A stretch of 64,000 nucleotides of DNA, taken from the NCBI RefSeq assembly GCF_009914755.1, contig NC_060925.1, one strand, 5' to 3'. Both the position numbers and the translations under genes were made by a program. Source of the stretch: the human T2T-CHM13v2.0 reference genome, Homo sapiens. Of this stretch, positions 59,781 through 64,000 are shown piece by piece. The notes beneath the pieces were generated by a model, which ran no database searches, was not told the origin of the DNA, and worked only from the letters and a program-made list of their open reading frames with translations. Positions within the stretch are counted from its first letter, which is position 1. Each line of letters starts with the position of its first letter.

Positions 59781-60219
59781 AAGATCATCCTTCTTCAGGA
59801 AATAGTGAGATCCTTGGGAGCAAGATCTGTGTTTAATTGGTGTTTGTAAATCCAGCATCCAGCTTACTGAGACCTCCTTGGCATCAGTGAAGGCTTGTTG
59901 CATTAATAAACTGACGATTTAGAAATAGAACTAATAGAGAAAACAATTTCCTTCCAATCCAGAGATTGTACATGGGAAGCTATCTTTGGGTCACATGTAT
60001 GTGGCTTTTGTTTAGCAGGTGTCCTGCAAACTCTTCTAGCCAGCTATGAGGTTCAAGGATAAGAATGAGAATGTAATCCACTTTTTTATGAAATCCACAC
60101 AGAAGCTGATACAATGCTTAGGAAACACATTACGGTGCCATTTCCTGGACCTCAAGCATTCAAATATCAATTTAGCGTTGCTGCTTGCCCTGTGCCTTGC
60201 TGTACTGCTATGCAATATG

Positions 60220-60700
60220 ATTTTCAACTATTATGAAATAATTGTAGACTTACAAAGAGATAGTACATGTGCAGATAGTACAGAGAGTTCCCATGTGCTC
60301 TTTACCCAGTTTCCCCTAATGTTGACATCTTGCATAATCATGGTACATTTGTCAAAAGTTATGAAATTAACATTGGTAAAACACTATTGACTAAGCTACA
60401 CTGTATTTGTATTTAGCCAGTTTTTCCACAAATATCCTTTTTCTGTTCCAGGATCTAATTCAGGATACCATGATACCAATTTAATTACAAAGACTCCTTA
60501 GTCTTCACTAACCTGTGAGAGTTTCTCATTCTTTCCTTGTTTTTTATGATCTTGACTGATGAACAGTTTTGAAAATTCTTGGTCAGGTATTTCACAAAGT
60601 GTTCCTCAATTTGGGTATGTCTATTATGTCATCATTAGACTAAAGTTGCAGATTTTTGGGGAACAATGTCCCAGGGGAAAAGTGCACTTGTCCATTAATT
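60220..60700 (-). mobile_element. L1MC-type (L1MC4-like) 3' fragment
   Basis: atagtacagagagttcccatgtg..acccagtttcccctaatgttgacatcttgcataatcatggtacatttgtc..tttctgttccaggatctaattcaggatacca. Confidence 0.75.
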
Positions 60701-62429
60701 TCTAATGTTCCAAATTATAATGCTATTTTACAAAGCAGTGTGAGCATTTCAAATCACATACAACACATATCAAAACTTAAGCCAGTTTTTGGTTGTGCAA
60801 AATCTAGAAATCTTGGTAAATAGTTCTTTTGTTTGCCAGAACAATTTAATACATATTCTAGATATACAAAGGTAGGCTGGGAGTCTAATCTGGGGGTGGG
60901 AGGGTCAAGACCTAAATTAGATGGTTGAGTAAAAACATCTACTCCTGTTTTGCCCCTTTCATTACTGACCCCAGAAGCCACTAGAGAACAGGAAAAGAAA
61001 AATAGACTGGTGGGCATACACCCAAGTTTTTTTTATATTGATGTCATGGGGGATGATACACTGCACAGTACTTGGCACATACTAATTGTAATAAATATTT
61101 GTTAGATGAATAAATAAATGACTGAATGGCCAGTCCCCAAGGCACATCTACTGGTACCAATGACAGAATATTGGGCTCTGCAGACAATGGATTTGACCCA
61201 GTATGTCTGGCAATTTTTCTCTTTAGATGTCACAATAACCTGCCAAGATTAGCTTTATAATAGATAGTTGAAGAGAAACTGCCAGTAGGATCACATCAGA
61301 GGCTATGATAAGTATAAAAGCTAGAAATTAAGTTGAACCACACAAAATAAGTTCATTTTTGCTTTCTTTTTTGAACCAAAGAGAAGATCCTAGAAAAAAT
61401 TATTCTTTCCATTATTTTAATTGGATATATGTATGTAACAACCTTAAGTCATTACATTTTTTATAACATTAAAATGAAGTGTATTGTGGGCAAAGATGAC
61501 AAGAATTTTCTTTCTGTTGCCAAACTTAAGTGTAGTATATATTATTGGCAGTATTTCATTTTCATTATTCTCAAGGGGTTTACTTGGATAAATTCAAAAA
61601 TGCACATATTACTGAGAAGGCAGTTTTCTATTTCTGAAATAATTCCCCCTTAAATAATGTTCCTGGCTTAAAAAAATTTGGAAGAGGTTTTCTCTTTGAA
61701 AAAAAAAAAACTCAGATGATTGAAGAGATTTCACCTTCAAACAGTTTTACTCTAGAGGGAGCCCCCTTTGAGAATTTTAAGCATTGCATGGGAAATGTAT
61801 TCTTTGAAGATTTTCATGTTAAAAAAACAGTTGCATGACTTGGGTATCCTCTTTGAAGTTTTTTTAAAAACAATATTTAAAGGATTTCCCCCTTCAAATA
61901 CTTTCATGTTCCTGAGTTCTGTTTTTCTGCAAAATATGACTCTCTACTCAGGTGGTTTGCTTTTCTTTTCATTTCCCCTCATTATTATTATAGCTTTAAT
62001 TATTTTGTTCTATTAAGAGAGACTGAAGACGCTACTATGCTAGGGCTCCTCGTATGTACTGTAAAACTAAGATTGGCTTTCCCACCTTCTCCCTGCATCA
62101 GATCAGACTCAACAACACTGTAAAATTACTACCTCCTATAAGTAACCAATGTAGAGATGTGACCTAACATAGGAGATTTTCTAAGAGTTGTTGGTATTTG
62201 GTGAATTACTCAAGAGCATCATAACTTGATTGTAGGTAACAGAGAATACCTCAATGAATAATTTAATTATCATATTCCTAAATCAAATCCAGCTAAAGAA
62301 GAGAGAAAGAAATATTTTAGGGTAGATTGGGAGAGGCATAACTTGACTAACAGCAGGTTTCTTTCATCTGCCTAACTTCTAGTGAGACTCTGTTTTATTT
62401 CCGAGGTGCCAAAGAAGACACAGCACAAA

Positions 62430-63330
62430 TAAAATACCACACTTACTTTCAAATACACTAACAAGCAGTAAGTGTATAGTCTTACAAGGAGTCTAAAATG
62501 CACACAGATATCTACAACACAATGTCTTGTGTTAATAGGTGCTTCAGTGGAAAAAAATCTCTTAGAGCTTAGAGAAAGGAAAGGCTATTTCTGATTAGGG
62601 GCGTAAAAGTCTTTGTAAAGGAAGGGATATTTTATTACGTTGGTGCAAAACTAATTGCAGTTTTTGCCATCAATAGATAAGCATTAAAGCAATGCTTCCA
62701 TTTGGAGCATATAATCCATAATTGGGTCAAGAAAACAATTTGATGGGATGAGACTAGCATTTTCTTTCAATAAAATAGAATGGTGGAGAATAGAATGCAA
62801 TATAGTTTAAAAAAAGAATGTTCATCACAGAAAGTGGGAAAATGTGCTTTAATGAAAATTGTGTTTTATTTTTTAATTTCTGTGTGTGTGTATATGCATG
62901 TTTGGTTACAATGTAATATATTTCTTACAATAAGTCTCAGTAAAACCACTATGTTAAAAGATGGAAAAAAGAGTCCAAGGAGAAAAATGAGCTAGGAAAA
63001 TGAATGCATATTTTGTAAAGGCCTCTGCCTTTGGAAAGATGGAAACATGTTGAAGGACAAACTAGCTCACTAACTAGAAGAGTGTTCACGAGAGGAGTGA
63101 GATAAGGCTGAAAAAGTAAGATGAGGTGAGAAAAGTGGCGAAGTACAGAGGACTTGAAATCCAAGCCAAAGATTTCAGGTTTTGTTCTCATGTAGAGGAG
63201 AGCCATTGAAGATTTTTGGACAGGGGAGTAACAGTGTCAGAGTTACGTACTAGGAAGATTAATCCATCAGTGATAAATTGCAGGAAGTAGGAATTAGACC
63301 TGGGCAAGAGACTAGTGGTGTATTATAATA
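62430..63330 (-). mobile_element. L2 fragment
   Basis: gagtgagataaggctg..gaggacttgaaatccaagccaaagattt..gagagccattgaagatttttggacaggggagtaacagtgtcaga..ggaagattaatcc. Confidence 0.65.
62635..62670. mobile_element. Single Hsmar1/MADE1 terminal inverted repeat (half element)
   Basis: ta|ttacgttggtgcaaaactaattgcagtttttgccat with no second arm. Confidence 0.8.
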
Positions 63331-63843
63331 CTGACTGAACAAGAGTGATGTTTGTTATTTCAAAAATAAAACATAACTATATGAAAAATACTTTATACAT
63401 TTGTAAACACTAACATAGGATAAAGCATCATTGCTATTATCCCAAATAGAGATTTGTTTTCTTATAAAGAAATTAAAGTTTAAAAAACCTTCCCCTTTAA
63501 TTGTGTTCTTTCAAATAAAAAGAATAAAAATTACATGATAGTGACACTATTGCAACACCACATACAAACAGTATAAAAATTGGGAATTAATTTGTAGGCC
63601 TTTTTCTGTTTTCTTAATATTAGCATTAGGCTTTCTTTTTCCTAGGCATGCAAAAATTATAACTCAGAGATTTCCTTTGAAGTTATAGCACTCTCATGTT
63701 TAGTAAATTACCAATATAGGTAGAATTTATATTACTGATATGTCTAAGAATTACCATAACTCAAGAAAACCCTTGAAAAGGCCAGATTATGTCTATGCCT
63801 CATTGTATTTCAGGACCTAGCATAGCGCCTGATGCATAATAGG

Positions 63844-64000
63844 TAAGGTTGCCATCTTTGACAAATAAAACTGCAGTATTCCTAGTAAAATTTGAATGTC
63901 AGACAAAAAATGCATTTTTTTGGTGCAAATATGTTTTATTTCAGATAAACAACAAATAATTTCTTAGTATGCATATGCCCCAAATATTGCATGGGACCTA
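63844..64000 (+). mobile_element. MER53 palindromic hAT MITE (runs off the window end)
   Basis: taaggttgccatctttgacaaataaaa..tttgaat..tttcagataaacaacaaataattt..agtat..atgccccaaatattgcatgggac. Confidence 0.8.

Noticed and set aside
61686-61900. Degenerate ~55-bp direct repeat (ctctttgaa...gatttc.ccttcaaa)
   Set aside because: Low identity in AT-rich DNA; cannot be told from chance by eye

Overview
AT-rich, repeat-dense primate (human-like) genomic DNA. I recognise no spliced protein-coding exon of a host gene. The only gene-derived sequence is a young processed copy of ribosomal protein RPL7 on the - strand (54923-55775). It has a poly(A) tail, a 15-bp TSD, the 5'TOP leader and a fully open 248-aa ORF. 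Most of the rest is transposon-derived: 16 Alus; a full-length but disrupted L1PA (27373-33529) that keeps an open antisense ORF0 and lacks a TSD; several truncated L1PA 3' ends; a ~16-kb nested stack (a full-length L1MA-type element inside an L1MC1-type element, carrying two MLT2A solo LTRs, a THE1/MST fragment and Alus); other solo LTRs; L2/MIR remnants; and DNA-transposon MITEs (Tigger4, MER45A, MADE1, MER53). Four signals are not explained by routine repeat annotation: (i) a ~480-bp mosaic of direct and inverted snippets copied from nearby sequence (13395-13875); (ii) further short near-perfect 'doublets' whose copies lie ~1.6-1.7 kb apart; (iii) a probable fossil hAT transposase C-terminus in apparently unique DNA (~16700-17420); (iv) an L1 antisense-promoter/ORF0 cassette pointing at a MADE1 hairpin. 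Subfamily names come from recalled consensus motifs, not a database search, and nearly all short ORFs in the supplied track are repeat-derived noise.
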